Both the position numbers and the translations under genes were made by a program. The notes under the pieces were generated by a model that was not told where the DNA came from, searched no databases, and saw nothing but the letters and a program-made list of their open reading frames with translations. Of a DNA stretch of 64,000 nt, positions 1 through 9,466 are shown piece by piece (the first letter of the stretch is position 1; every line of letters begins with the position of its first letter). This DNA comes from an uncultured Pelagibacteraceae bacterium (GTDB lineage Bacteria; Pseudomonadota; Alphaproteobacteria; Pelagibacterales; Pelagibacteraceae). The stretch spans positions 7,906 to 71,905 of the forward strand of contig CACHGA010000002.1 of assembly GCA_902579285.1 (NCBI GenBank). Reading direction: 5' to 3'.

Positions 1-60
1 GGTGTCTACAAAGACTGAGATCATACTCTTTGAACCTGACCGGTAATTCAGTGAGGGAAT
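1..60 (+). promoter_or_regulatory. TPP-riboswitch-like aptamer, 5' end cut off by the window edge, with a divergent P4/P5 arm
   Basis: GGTGTC..GAC-TGAGA (P3 GTCT/AGAC plus the J3/2 UGAGA), ATACTC, TTGAACCTGA, TAAT and AGGGAA occur in TPP-family order directly before a thiamine-related gene. Confidence 0.8.
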
Positions 61-930
61 ATGAAAATAAAATTAGCGCTTGAGTGGTTTATAAATCCTG
101 ATCATCTACCATTTATTGTGGGTCTGGATAAAGGTTTATATAAAAAAAATAATATTGATCTAGAAATTATTGAGCCTGAAGGACATTATGATGGTTTTAA
201 AGAACTTGCACAAAACAATATTCAATTAGCAACTAATGAGCCTCTACACTTAATTGAAAAATATCAAAATAATATTTGCTCAATTGGAAACTTTTTTGAA
301 ACTAATGGGGGTATTATATTTACCATTAAAGGCTATGAAAATTTAGTTAATGGAAAAGAGATTAAAATTACTTCACCGGTTAGTAATCCTATTACAGACA
401 AAATAGCTAATGATATTATTCAAAGACATTTGAAAAAAATTAATAAAACCAATAAGAACATAAAAATTGTAGCTAATGATTTTTATCATATTAAACATCT
501 TAAGGCTGGATTTGATGCTGCATGGTTGTGTTTTGAAAACTTTGAGGGTGTAGAGTCAAAATTAGAAGGTTTGGAGGTAAAAAAATTGTATTTAGAAGAT
601 GTCGAAATACCTAATTTTTGTGCACTAGACGTATTTGCCTCAAAATCTTTTGCTAATGGTAATAAAAATTTGGTAAATGACTTTAAATCTATGGCACAGG
701 AAAGTATCAAAATTTTAAGTTCAGACTTGGATTATTCTAAATCTTCTTATTATTCTTATACTAAAACAAAGCCTAGTCCATTAATGGATAATATTATTAA
801 AGACACAATTCATAGATTTAAAAATCCTTTTGATAAATCAAAAAATAAGTGGAAAAATTTGCATAATTACGTAGTCACACAAAAAATTTCAAATATATCT
901 GATGATCAATACTCAGATATGTTTATTTAA
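61..930 (+). CDS. NMT1/THI5-ThiY family protein (aminopyrimidine-binding fold), no signal peptide
   Basis: N-terminus KLALEWFINPDHLPFIVGLDKGLY matches the ThiY/Thi5 'L[DN]W..N..H.P...A..KG.F' pattern; it follows the riboswitch-like leader. Confidence 0.8.
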   Translation: MKIKLALEWFINPDHLPFIVGLDKGLYKKNNIDLEIIEPEGHYDGFKELAQNNIQLATNEPLHLIEKYQNNICSIGNFFETNGGIIFTIKGYENLVNGKEIKITSPVSNPITDKIANDIIQRHLKKINKTNKNIKIVANDFYHIKHLKAGFDAAWLCFENFEGVESKLEGLEVKKLYLEDVEIPNFCALDVFASKSFANGNKNLVNDFKSMAQESIKILSSDLDYSKSSYYSYTKTKPSPLMDNIIKDTIHRFKNPFDKSKNKWKNLHNYVVTQKISNISDDQYSDMFI

Positions 931-2071
931 TTGGAGACTTACCAATTAAATGAAGATTTACAACTGATGCTGCTATATCAGTCGATTTATCAGTCCTAAA
1001 TTTACTTATTACACTTTGAGTTTTTGTAATTTGATTTTCTAAATGTTGTTTATTATTTAAAAGGTGATTAACTGTATTAAAAATATTGTTTGCAGTGCAA
1101 TTTGATTGCAATAATTCAGGAATAATTTCTTCATTAGCTGCGATATTAATTAAATTCGCAAATTTTACTTTAACGAGCATTTTAATAATAAGAAAATTAA
1201 TAAAACCCATCTTATATATAATTATTGAAGGAATTTTTGCTTTACAAATCTCTAAAGAAATTGTGCCAGATTTTGCTACTGCAAACATAGAGGAATCTAA
1301 AATATGAGATTTAATTTTTTCATCTCCTATTGCCCCGCAATTTTTTAAACCCTCTTTTAATAACAAATTTTGGATTAACTGGACATGTTCAGCAGTTGAA
1401 TGAAATACAAAAAATAACTCTTTATATTTTTTGTTCATTTTTTTTACAAAATCAATTAATATAGGCATTAAAACATTAATCTCGGACAATCTACTTCCTG
1501 GAAAAATAGAAAAGATTTTCTTATTTTCTTTTATAATTTGACTTATATCAATTTTATTTTTTTCTCCTTTTTCAAGCAAAGGATGGCCTGTAACAGTTGA
1601 TGGAATTTCTTCTTTATCAAAATATTGTTTTTCAAAGGGAAATAATAATAAAATATGATCCAAAAAAGATTTTAGCTGCTTTACTCTATATTCTCTCCAA
1701 ACCCAAACTTGTGGTGCTACAAAATGAATTGTTTTTATACTTGGATCACTTTTTTTAACTTCTTTTGCTACACGTAATGTAAAATCCGGACTATCAACTG
1801 AAAAAAGAATATCTGGTTTAAATTTAATAATTTCTTTTACAGTTTCATTTATTTTACTCTTTATTTTAAAAATATTTAACAAAACCCTTGTAAATCCAAG
1901 AAATGTAATCTCTTTTAAATCATAAATTGACTTAATACCTAAGGCATTTAAATGTTCACCACCGACTGATAAATATTCTATATCGGATCTTGTACTTTTA
2001 AGTTTAGTAATGATTTTTGAGGCTAATTTATCTCCAGACGGTTCACCGGTTAGTATAAATATTTTTTTCAT
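923..2071 (-). CDS. lpxB: lipid-A-disaccharide synthase
   Basis: GEPSGD, VDSPDF, APQVW, PGSR and KSGT motifs; start moved to MKKIF (ATGA overlap with the msrA stop). Confidence 0.95.
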   Translation of the reverse strand: MKKIFILTGEPSGDKLASKIITKLKSTRSDIEYLSVGGEHLNALGIKSIYDLKEITFLGFTRVLLNIFKIKSKINETVKEIIKFKPDILFSVDSPDFTLRVAKEVKKSDPSIKTIHFVAPQVWVWREYRVKQLKSFLDHILLLFPFEKQYFDKEEIPSTVTGHPLLEKGEKNKIDISQIIKENKKIFSIFPGSRLSEINVLMPILIDFVKKMNKKYKELFFVFHSTAEHVQLIQNLLLKEGLKNCGAIGDEKIKSHILDSSMFAVAKSGTISLEICKAKIPSIIIYKMGFINFLIIKMLVKVKFANLINIAANEEIIPELLQSNCTANNIFNTVNHLLNNKQHLENQITKTQSVISKFRTDKSTDIAASVVNLHLIGKSPIK

Positions 2072-2640
2072 CCCCAGATTTTGTTTAATGTTTCTTCCCT
2101 TTGGCAACCTTTTTTGTACATCAAGTATCTTATAAAATTTTTCTCATAATAATCTTGATGGTAAGTCTCAGCTTTATAAAATTCCTTAAATTTTTTTACA
2201 TAAGTAACAACTCTTTTGTTAAACTTATTTTCAATATTTTTAATTGAAGCATCTACAATTTTTTTTTGATCACTGTTCTCAAAAAAAACTACAGACTTAT
2301 AGCTTTCACCTTTGTCACAAAATTGGCCATCTGCATCAAACGGGTCAATATTGACCCAATAAATTTCTAAAAGCTTTTCAAAATTTGTAATTGATGAATT
2401 GTAAGTGATTTCTAAAGTTTCATAGTGGCCAGTGGTGTTTTTAACAACATCTTTGTATTTAGGGTTTTTAACATGTCCACCAGAATATCCAGAAATAGTT
2501 TCTATCACACCATTAACCTTATCAAATGACTCTTCCATGCACCAAAAGCAACCCCCAGCAAAATAAACTTTCGATATATTTTCTGCATTTAAATTTGCTG
2601 GTAATAATAAAAAATAAACAATTAACAAAGTTTTTTTCAT
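2068..2640 (-). CDS. msrA: peptide-methionine (S)-sulfoxide reductase with predicted signal peptide
   Basis: AGGCFWCME, GHYE and AETYHQDYY motifs; hydrophobic N-terminus MKKTLLIVYFLLLPANLNA; start moved to 2640. Confidence 0.95.
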   Translation of the reverse strand: MKKTLLIVYFLLLPANLNAENISKVYFAGGCFWCMEESFDKVNGVIETISGYSGGHVKNPKYKDVVKNTTGHYETLEITYNSSITNFEKLLEIYWVNIDPFDADGQFCDKGESYKSVVFFENSDQKKIVDASIKNIENKFNKRVVTYVKKFKEFYKAETYHQDYYEKNFIRYLMYKKGCQREETLNKIWG

Positions 2641-3698
2641 TTGTACATTTTCCAAAGTTCTCCATAATCTGATAACATATACAATTCACCTGTATCTTTA
2701 TGTATTTTGATATCCCTTATTCTTCCAATATTACCTTTAAAAATTATTTGTTCACTTAAAAATTTATTATCTTTAAATTTTATTTTTCTTAATGACTGAT
2801 CTTTTAGTGAGGTAATTAAAGCATCCCCGTTCCATTCTTTAAACTCATCACCTTGATATATAGCCATCGCACTTACTGCTATCGAAGGAACCCAATACTT
2901 AATTGCTTTTGTAAAACCCGGTTTCCATTTCGGCCCTATTTTAGTTCCGGTATAATTTGTTCCACCCCAACCTAAAATTTTCCAACCATAATTTTCAGCA
3001 AAATTAGCTGTACCAAACCAATCACCACCTTTAGCACCATGATTTGTCATATAAATTTTATTATCAAAAGGAGATAATGACATTCCCTGGGGATTTCTTA
3101 CCCCAATTTGGAAAATTTCAGGTAACCAATTTTTTTTATTTTTAAACTTAGGATTGTCTTTGGGAATAGATCCATCAAGGTTAATTCTGATTATACTACC
3201 AGGGTGTTTTGTGAAATCTTGAGCAATCATTCCCTGGCCTCTTTCACCGGCAGAAATATATAAATGGTCATCTTTTTTAACTATTCTTGAACCAAAGTGA
3301 TATCCAGAATCAATTGGTGGTTCAGCTCTAAAAATATTATTGAATTTTATAGAGTTCTTATCGAATTTACCTTTTGCAACAGAAGTACTTGTTTTCCGAC
3401 CCTCTCTTTGTTCAGAATAGGATACATAAACATTTTCATTATCATACAAAACATCGAGAAGACCTCCTTGGCCATCCTCAAGAACAGATAAATTGTGTTT
3501 AATTTCAGATAATGTTTGATTTTTTAAATCTAAATGAAACAGCTTACCTTTTTTTTCAGTATAAATAAGACTGGAATTATTTATAAATGATAAACTCCAA
3601 GGCTTGTTCATACCTTCTACGATCTTTTCCAATTTAACTTCTAACCCAAACAAATTTGAAAACCAAAGAAAATATATAATTAATATTATTTTTTTCAT
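2637..3698 (-). CDS. PQQ-dependent soluble aldose/sugar dehydrogenase (GSDH/YliI family), exported
   Basis: GQGGLLDV, HFGSRI, GVRNPQG and GRIRDI motifs; signal-peptide-like N-terminus. Confidence 0.88.
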   Translation of the reverse strand: MKKIILIIYFLWFSNLFGLEVKLEKIVEGMNKPWSLSFINNSSLIYTEKKGKLFHLDLKNQTLSEIKHNLSVLEDGQGGLLDVLYDNENVYVSYSEQREGRKTSTSVAKGKFDKNSIKFNNIFRAEPPIDSGYHFGSRIVKKDDHLYISAGERGQGMIAQDFTKHPGSIIRINLDGSIPKDNPKFKNKKNWLPEIFQIGVRNPQGMSLSPFDNKIYMTNHGAKGGDWFGTANFAENYGWKILGWGGTNYTGTKIGPKWKPGFTKAIKYWVPSIAVSAMAIYQGDEFKEWNGDALITSLKDQSLRKIKFKDNKFLSEQIIFKGNIGRIRDIKIHKDTGELYMLSDYGELWKMYK

Positions 3699-4489
3699 TT
3701 TGCTATAAGAAACATTTTATTTTTATTTGCAAAATTAATACATTTTTTTTTCTCAAGTAAAATGTTACTTTTACTTTTAAGAACTATTCCTTTTAAACCA
3801 GCTGCTTTGCATTGAACAAAAGTTTTTAATCCAACGGTTGGTAGATCGATTCTTAAGTCTTGTTTCTTTTTTGGGAATTTGACAAGTACACCTTTGTTTT
3901 TAAATATTTTACCTTTGCATTTGTTTAGCATTTTTTGGGTACCACCTTTACCTTCAATAGCTATCACTTTGTCATTTCTAACTACAGTACCTTGACTATA
4001 ATTGTATTGATTTAATCTATTGAGTGTTTTGATGGCTTTATCAATATCTTTATTATCATCTTTGGTTGGCTTGATTTTAGTGTAGTTTCCTTTGTGTAAA
4101 GAAAGTTCAGGATTAAATATTATTGAACTGATAGTTTTAATTTTTTCTTTATTCAATATTTTAATTATTTCTTTTAATATTGACGCATCTCCGTGTTTAG
4201 AACTTTTTATTATTCTAGGCATATAATAAATACCTTTTAGATCTAATCTTAACTTTGAAAAATTCGGTTTTTTGACGCTACCAGCAAAAAGAACTTTCTT
4301 ACAATAATTTTTTCTTAGGATATCAATAATCTTGCCAAATTGTCCTATTGATACTGGAAATGAATTTTTTTCTTTTTTAAAAAATTTTTTTTGGGTTAAA
4401 TCAATAATTAAATATTTTATTTTCTTTTTTTTAACTTTTTTTAAGATTTCTTTTGGAAATGATTTATCCCCAAATATTAAACCAATCAT
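3695..4489 (-). CDS. lpxI: UDP-2,3-diacylglucosamine diphosphatase LpxI
   Basis: KQDLRIDLPTVG motif; follows lpxA as in Alphaproteobacteria. Confidence 0.88.
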   Translation of the reverse strand: MIGLIFGDKSFPKEILKKVKKKKIKYLIIDLTQKKFFKKEKNSFPVSIGQFGKIIDILRKNYCKKVLFAGSVKKPNFSKLRLDLKGIYYMPRIIKSSKHGDASILKEIIKILNKEKIKTISSIIFNPELSLHKGNYTKIKPTKDDNKDIDKAIKTLNRLNQYNYSQGTVVRNDKVIAIEGKGGTQKMLNKCKGKIFKNKGVLVKFPKKKQDLRIDLPTVGLKTFVQCKAAGLKGIVLKSKSNILLEKKKCINFANKNKMFLIAK

Positions 4490-5271
4490 TATTCAGATAA
4501 TGGTGAACAAATAGGTCTTTTTTTATCCTTTTCAATAAATTTAGTGACCTCTTGTACTAATTCATTTTCTTTAAATTCACCATTAATTTTGCTGAGATTA
4601 TCATGAAGATTATTTGAAGAAAATATTTTTTTATATGCTTTGTCTAGTTCAATTATTTTTTTGTTGTCATATTTTTTTCTTCTTAATCCAATTAAGTTTA
4701 TACCTTTCAAATAATTTCTATTACCAAAAGAAAGCCCAAAAGGAATAACATCTTTTAAAACTCCGGTCATCCCCCCAATCATAGCTAGTCTTCCAATTCT
4801 AGTAAATTGTTGTACTGCCGAGTTTCCACCTATAACAACTGAGTCCTCAATTGTTACGTGCCCCCCTAAAGGAACATTGTTAGCAATAACAACGTTGTTT
4901 CCTATTTTACAGTCATGGGCTATATGCGAGGAGATCATAAATAAACAATTGTTTCCTATGACTGTTTTACTACCTCCACCTGCTGTGCCAGGGTTAATAG
5001 TTACATACTCTCTTATTGTATTATATTCTCCAATATCTAAACTATTTTGTTCACCTTTGTATTTTAGATCTTGAGGAGATGTTCCAATGCTAGAAAAAGG
5101 ATAAAGTTTTGTAAACTTTCCTATTATTGTATTACCTTCAACATGAACATTCGACATTAGTTCAACACCCTCTTTTAAATGAACATTCGACCCAACAAAA
5201 CAAAAAGGCCCAATCTTAACGTTCTTTTCAACTATCGCTTTTGGATCTATTACGCTTGATTTGTGTATCAT
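4489..5271 (-). CDS. lpxA: acyl-ACP--UDP-N-acetylglucosamine O-acyltransferase
   Basis: Hexapeptide repeats; PQDLKY, IREYVTI and HIAHDC motifs. Confidence 0.97.
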   Translation of the reverse strand: MIHKSSVIDPKAIVEKNVKIGPFCFVGSNVHLKEGVELMSNVHVEGNTIIGKFTKLYPFSSIGTSPQDLKYKGEQNSLDIGEYNTIREYVTINPGTAGGGSKTVIGNNCLFMISSHIAHDCKIGNNVVIANNVPLGGHVTIEDSVVIGGNSAVQQFTRIGRLAMIGGMTGVLKDVIPFGLSFGNRNYLKGINLIGLRRKKYDNKKIIELDKAYKKIFSSNNLHDNLSKINGEFKENELVQEVTKFIEKDKKRPICSPLSE

Positions 5272-5720
5272 TTATTTCTATCAACAATTGTAGCCGACCA
5301 TTCTGCATCAGCCATTTTTTTATCATTAACTTTAGCAATCCCTTTATATTTCCATACTCTTCCGTGTGATCTCACTGCCTCAATTTCAAGATGTAATTCG
5401 CAATCAGGCATAACAGGATTTCTAAAACGAGCTTTTTCAACACTCATTAGGTAAACTAATTTATCCTTATATTCTTTTGGATCTATTCCATGGGCTGTGA
5501 GTGCGGCTGCTGCTTGCCCAAAAGCTTCAACAATTAAAACTCCCGGCATTACAGGTTGGCCAGGAAAATGCCCATCAAAAAAGAATTTTCCTTTTTTAAC
5601 AATAACTATTGCGGTAGCTGATTTCAGTGGAACTATATTAATTAATCTATCGATTAAAAGCATTGGCTCTCTGTGAGGTAATAATTTTTCGATTTGTTCT
5701 TTGTTGATACTATTTGTCAT
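5268..5720 (-). CDS. fabZ: 3-hydroxyacyl-ACP dehydratase
   Basis: [12 protein letters not shown] and [17 protein letters not shown] motifs. Confidence 0.97.
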   Translation of the reverse strand: MTNSINKEQIEKLLPHREPMLLIDRLINIVPLKSATAIVIVKKGKFFFDGHFPGQPVMPGVLIVEAFGQAAAALTAHGIDPKEYKDKLVYLMSVEKARFRNPVMPDCELHLEIEAVRSHGRVWKYKGIAKVNDKKMADAEWSATIVDRNK

Positions 5721-6687
5721 TTTTTTTTAGAAATTCCCTTAATGGTACAGCGGGATAACCCATAACTGTTGTTCCATCTGGTATATTTTTTACAACACCG
5801 CTACCTCCACCAATTCTTACATTGTTACCAATTTTTAAATGACCAGAAACACCAGCCTGACCTCCTATCGAAACATTGTTACCAATCGATGAACTTCCAG
5901 CAAAACCAACTTGTCCTGCGATCATACAATTTTCTCCAATTTTAACATTATGTGCCATATGTACTTGATTGTCTAAAAAAGTATTGGTTCCAATTATTGT
6001 ATCACCAATAGATCCTCTATCTATTGTACAATTAGCGCCTATTTCAACATTATCATTTATAATTACTCTTCCAATATGAGGAAACCTAAAATTTTTACCT
6101 TTAGAGGGAATAAAACCAAATCCTTTAACACCAATCTTTGAACCGTCTTGAACCACAACTTCTTTTCCAATTAAAACATTTCTTAAAGTTACATTTGCAC
6201 CAATTATACAGTTTTTACCAATTTGAACATCATGTTCAATAATTGTATTACTGCCTATTATTGAGTTAGACCCTATTTTTACATTTTTTCCAACAAAAAT
6301 ATTCTTACCAAATGTAACGGAGTCGAAATTGGATGAAAGTTTATTTGTTTCAATAAGAGTTTGGTCTGGGTAGTCTATATCAGCATCAGGATAAAATTTT
6401 TTAGATACTTCTGCGATTGATAGTAATACATTTTTAACAACTATAGTTAAGCATGTTTTAGGTAAATATTGTTTCAATTTTGAGGTTGTAATACATGCTG
6501 AAGCTTTGGTTTTTTTGGCTAAATCAATATAATCATTTGAATTCAGAAAAGTAATACTGCTCTTATCAGCCTTGTCTAAAGTCTTAACATCGGTGATTTT
6601 AGATTGATTTTTTTGAACAGAAAGCTCTTTAAATAAGTCATTTATATAAAATGGACCTTTAGGTACAAAAAAAGAGGTATCTGACAT
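5710..6687 (-). CDS. lpxD: UDP-3-O-acylglucosamine N-acyltransferase
   Basis: Hexapeptide repeats; GFGF, IDRG and DNQVHMAHN motifs. Confidence 0.96.
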   Translation of the reverse strand: MSDTSFFVPKGPFYINDLFKELSVQKNQSKITDVKTLDKADKSSITFLNSNDYIDLAKKTKASACITTSKLKQYLPKTCLTIVVKNVLLSIAEVSKKFYPDADIDYPDQTLIETNKLSSNFDSVTFGKNIFVGKNVKIGSNSIIGSNTIIEHDVQIGKNCIIGANVTLRNVLIGKEVVVQDGSKIGVKGFGFIPSKGKNFRFPHIGRVIINDNVEIGANCTIDRGSIGDTIIGTNTFLDNQVHMAHNVKIGENCMIAGQVGFAGSSSIGNNVSIGGQAGVSGHLKIGNNVRIGGGSGVVKNIPDGTTVMGYPAVPLREFLKKNDK

Positions 6688-6693
6688 TTAGAC

Positions 6694-7215
6694 TTATTCT
6701 AATTTAATGGATTTTATTTCTTTATCTAATATTTTCAAAATTATTTCTGTTAGATCAAATTTAGAATTAGCTAGAAGTACATATTTTTTATCTACGATCA
6801 TTTCTATATTATTTTCGTTCATATATTTTGTCAAAATTGGATTTAAATTTTGTATTAGTTTTGATCTAGCTTCATTTTTCTTTTTAAGCCAATCGTTTGA
6901 TGCGCTTCTACGCTTTTTTTGATAATCAATATTTTTTTTTCTTAAAAGATTAAGACTTTTTTTATATTCATCATTAGAGACAAGTTTCTTTTTTGATATT
7001 AAATCTGACTCTTCTTTTTTTAATGAAATAGACTCCTTTTTTAATTTTTCATTTTCTTCATCATATTTCTTTTTTAAGTAGTCTTGAGCTTTTTTTCCAG
7101 CTTTGCTTTTATTTAAAATTTGTTTTATATCTACGAAATATAAATCAGCAGCAATACTTTTATTAAAAAATAAAGAGATAAATATTATAATAAATAAAAT
7201 TTTTATGTTTTTCAT
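6694..7215 (-). CDS. skp: Skp/OmpH periplasmic chaperone
   Basis: Signal peptide, VDIKQIL..SKAG, coiled coil and DLT..I ending; lies between bamA and lpxD; start moved to MKNIK. Confidence 0.85.
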   Translation of the reverse strand: MKNIKILFIIIFISLFFNKSIAADLYFVDIKQILNKSKAGKKAQDYLKKKYDEENEKLKKESISLKKEESDLISKKKLVSNDEYKKSLNLLRKKNIDYQKKRRSASNDWLKKKNEARSKLIQNLNPILTKYMNENNIEMIVDKKYVLLANSKFDLTEIILKILDKEIKSIKLE

Positions 7216-7216
7216 A

Positions 7217-9466
7217 TTAAAACGAGGTACCAATTTGGAATTTAAACTGTTGAGTGGTGTCACTATCAGCAGAGGATAAATCTTGTGCGAAAACAAAATT
7301 TAAAGGGCCTATAGGTGTATATACGTTTGTTGCAATTCCTATTGCTGATCTAATTATGCTTGATTGACCCACTGTAGAGTCATAATCTGCATGCCATAAA
7401 TTACCTATATCTAAAAATGCTGCTACATCTGTCTGTGTTGCTTCTGGCAATAAATTAGGTAATGCAGCTTCGAAATTCATCGCCATCGCATAGTTACCTC
7501 CAACATAGTCGCCTGAATCGACCGGACCAACCTTTCTACTTTCAAAACCTCTTAATCTTCTTGAAGGAATATGAATTCGTTTGCTTAATCTAACGTCATC
7601 TTCTATGGCAACAATTGCAGCTGCATAAAATTTAAATGCACCTAAAATATTTTCGTTAAAACTGTGATACTTACTTAAATTAAATCTATTAAACACTGAT
7701 GTGTTATCCTCAACATAGACAGGAAGTTTTTGAGAGAAACCAAAAATCGAACCACTAGTTGGCATGAATCTTCTATCTCTTGTATCTTTTTCTATTCCAT
7801 AACCAAATGATAATTCATTAAATGATCCAGCTTGTTTTTTTAAACGATCAGACGCTGTTGAGTTTACTGTCATATCATCGAAAGATAATTCAAGGTTTGG
7901 TGACAGATAAATATCGTCATATTGTTCAAATCTTGTACCAATATTAAATTGAGTTAATGTATTTTCATAGCCTGAATTTGGTCTGTCCGTTTTTAAACTT
8001 GAAAGTCCATAGGTAAGAAGATTGCCTGAGAAATTGTAGTTTGGATTAGTAACTGATAAACCGCCTCTTAGTGAACTTTGGGAAGCATCTATTGATGCAT
8101 CAACAACTTGTCCCTTTCCTAGATAATTATTTTCTTTCAATGAAAAAGATAAAGTAGTTCCATCTGTTCCTGTTCCTGCGGCTGCAGCTATTTCACCTGT
8201 GGGCATTTCTTCTACAACAACTTCCATTACTTTAAAATTTTTTGATGAACCATCTGATAGTTTATAATTTACCTTTTTAAAAATATTTTTTGATTTTAAA
8301 TTATTAATTGATTTATCGAGTTTAATTTTACTGAAGGGGTCACCCTCATCTAATATCAATTCAGATCTAATGACAGAATCATTTGTGATTGTATTGCCTT
8401 TTATGTTTATTCTTTCCACGACAATCTTTCTCCCCTCAAAAATTTTGAATTCAAGATCTATAAAGTTACCATCTACTGTCTCTGAAACTGAATGTGTTAC
8501 AAATTGAAGTTCATTATCATCGATTAGGTCATCAATACTCTCAAGAATTTTTGTTATTTTAAAGGGTGAATAATAACTACCGGCAAACTTTTTAAAATCT
8601 TCTTCTAAAATTTTAAAAATCTTTTTATCAAAAACTGGGTCTATGTCAGTAGATATTTTTTTTATTCTATATCTTTTGCCAGCATTAATATTGAAAGTAA
8701 GTTCAATGCCTTTGTTTTCATCTATAAAAACATTGCTAGACAAAATTTCAACATCATAGTATCCCTTAGAAAGATAGTAATTCTTAAGAAGTCTTTTATC
8801 CAATTCTATTCTCTGATCATTAAGGTAAATATTTCTAGATATAATTTTCCAAAATTTTGCTTCTTCTGTTGCAATAACGTCTCTTAATCTTTTGGTTTTT
8901 ACTTTTTTTTCTCCAATGAAAAATATTTTGGTAATTTTTTCTCTTTTGCCTTTGTCTATGATAAATATTAAATCAACTAAATTATTCCCACCCTTAACCT
9001 CTTTAGTTCTAGCTTCAACATTTGATGAATAATAACCTTGTTGACTGTAGAAACCTTTTATTATTTCAACATCATTTTTAACATCACTTTTTAAATATGA
9101 AGATTTTTCCTTAAGTACCATGAAATTTCTAAGTGCTTTTGCAAACTTTTTAGTAGGTTCACCCTGCAAAGTTATGGAATTAATTATTGGATTTTCTATT
9201 ACATTAATTTTAAGAATACCGCCTGAAAGATTTATAGAAATATTTGAAAAAAATTTGGTGTCGTACAAGTTTTTGATAATGGTATCAATATCATTTTGAG
9301 TATAATCCTGGTTTTTTTTTATTTCACCATAAACAATAAGTGTCTCGTCAGAAATTCTCTCATTTCCAGAAATAATAATCTTATTTATTTTTTCAGCTTG
9401 CAAAGATTGAGTCGCAGAAATAGATATGATCAAACATAAAAAAAAAATATTAAATAAATTTCTCAT
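7217..9466 (-). CDS. bamA: outer membrane protein assembly factor BamA
   Basis: POTRA repeats (GNERIS, GNTITND), LRGF, YVGGN, TPIGPL and C-terminal FQIGTSF. Confidence 0.96.
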   Translation of the reverse strand: MRNLFNIFFLCLIISISATQSLQAEKINKIIISGNERISDETLIVYGEIKKNQDYTQNDIDTIIKNLYDTKFFSNISINLSGGILKINVIENPIINSITLQGEPTKKFAKALRNFMVLKEKSSYLKSDVKNDVEIIKGFYSQQGYYSSNVEARTKEVKGGNNLVDLIFIIDKGKREKITKIFFIGEKKVKTKRLRDVIATEEAKFWKIISRNIYLNDQRIELDKRLLKNYYLSKGYYDVEILSSNVFIDENKGIELTFNINAGKRYRIKKISTDIDPVFDKKIFKILEEDFKKFAGSYYSPFKITKILESIDDLIDDNELQFVTHSVSETVDGNFIDLEFKIFEGRKIVVERINIKGNTITNDSVIRSELILDEGDPFSKIKLDKSINNLKSKNIFKKVNYKLSDGSSKNFKVMEVVVEEMPTGEIAAAAGTGTDGTTLSFSLKENNYLGKGQVVDASIDASQSSLRGGLSVTNPNYNFSGNLLTYGLSSLKTDRPNSGYENTLTQFNIGTRFEQYDDIYLSPNLELSFDDMTVNSTASDRLKKQAGSFNELSFGYGIEKDTRDRRFMPTSGSIFGFSQKLPVYVEDNTSVFNRFNLSKYHSFNENILGAFKFYAAAIVAIEDDVRLSKRIHIPSRRLRGFESRKVGPVDSGDYVGGNYAMAMNFEAALPNLLPEATQTDVAAFLDIGNLWHADYDSTVGQSSIIRSAIGIATNVYTPIGPLNFVFAQDLSSADSDTTQQFKFQIGTSF

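Noticed and set aside
61..930. Calling this gene a bona fide Thi5 HMP-P synthase
   Set aside because: The PLP lysine and the CCCxC motif are not present on by-eye alignment
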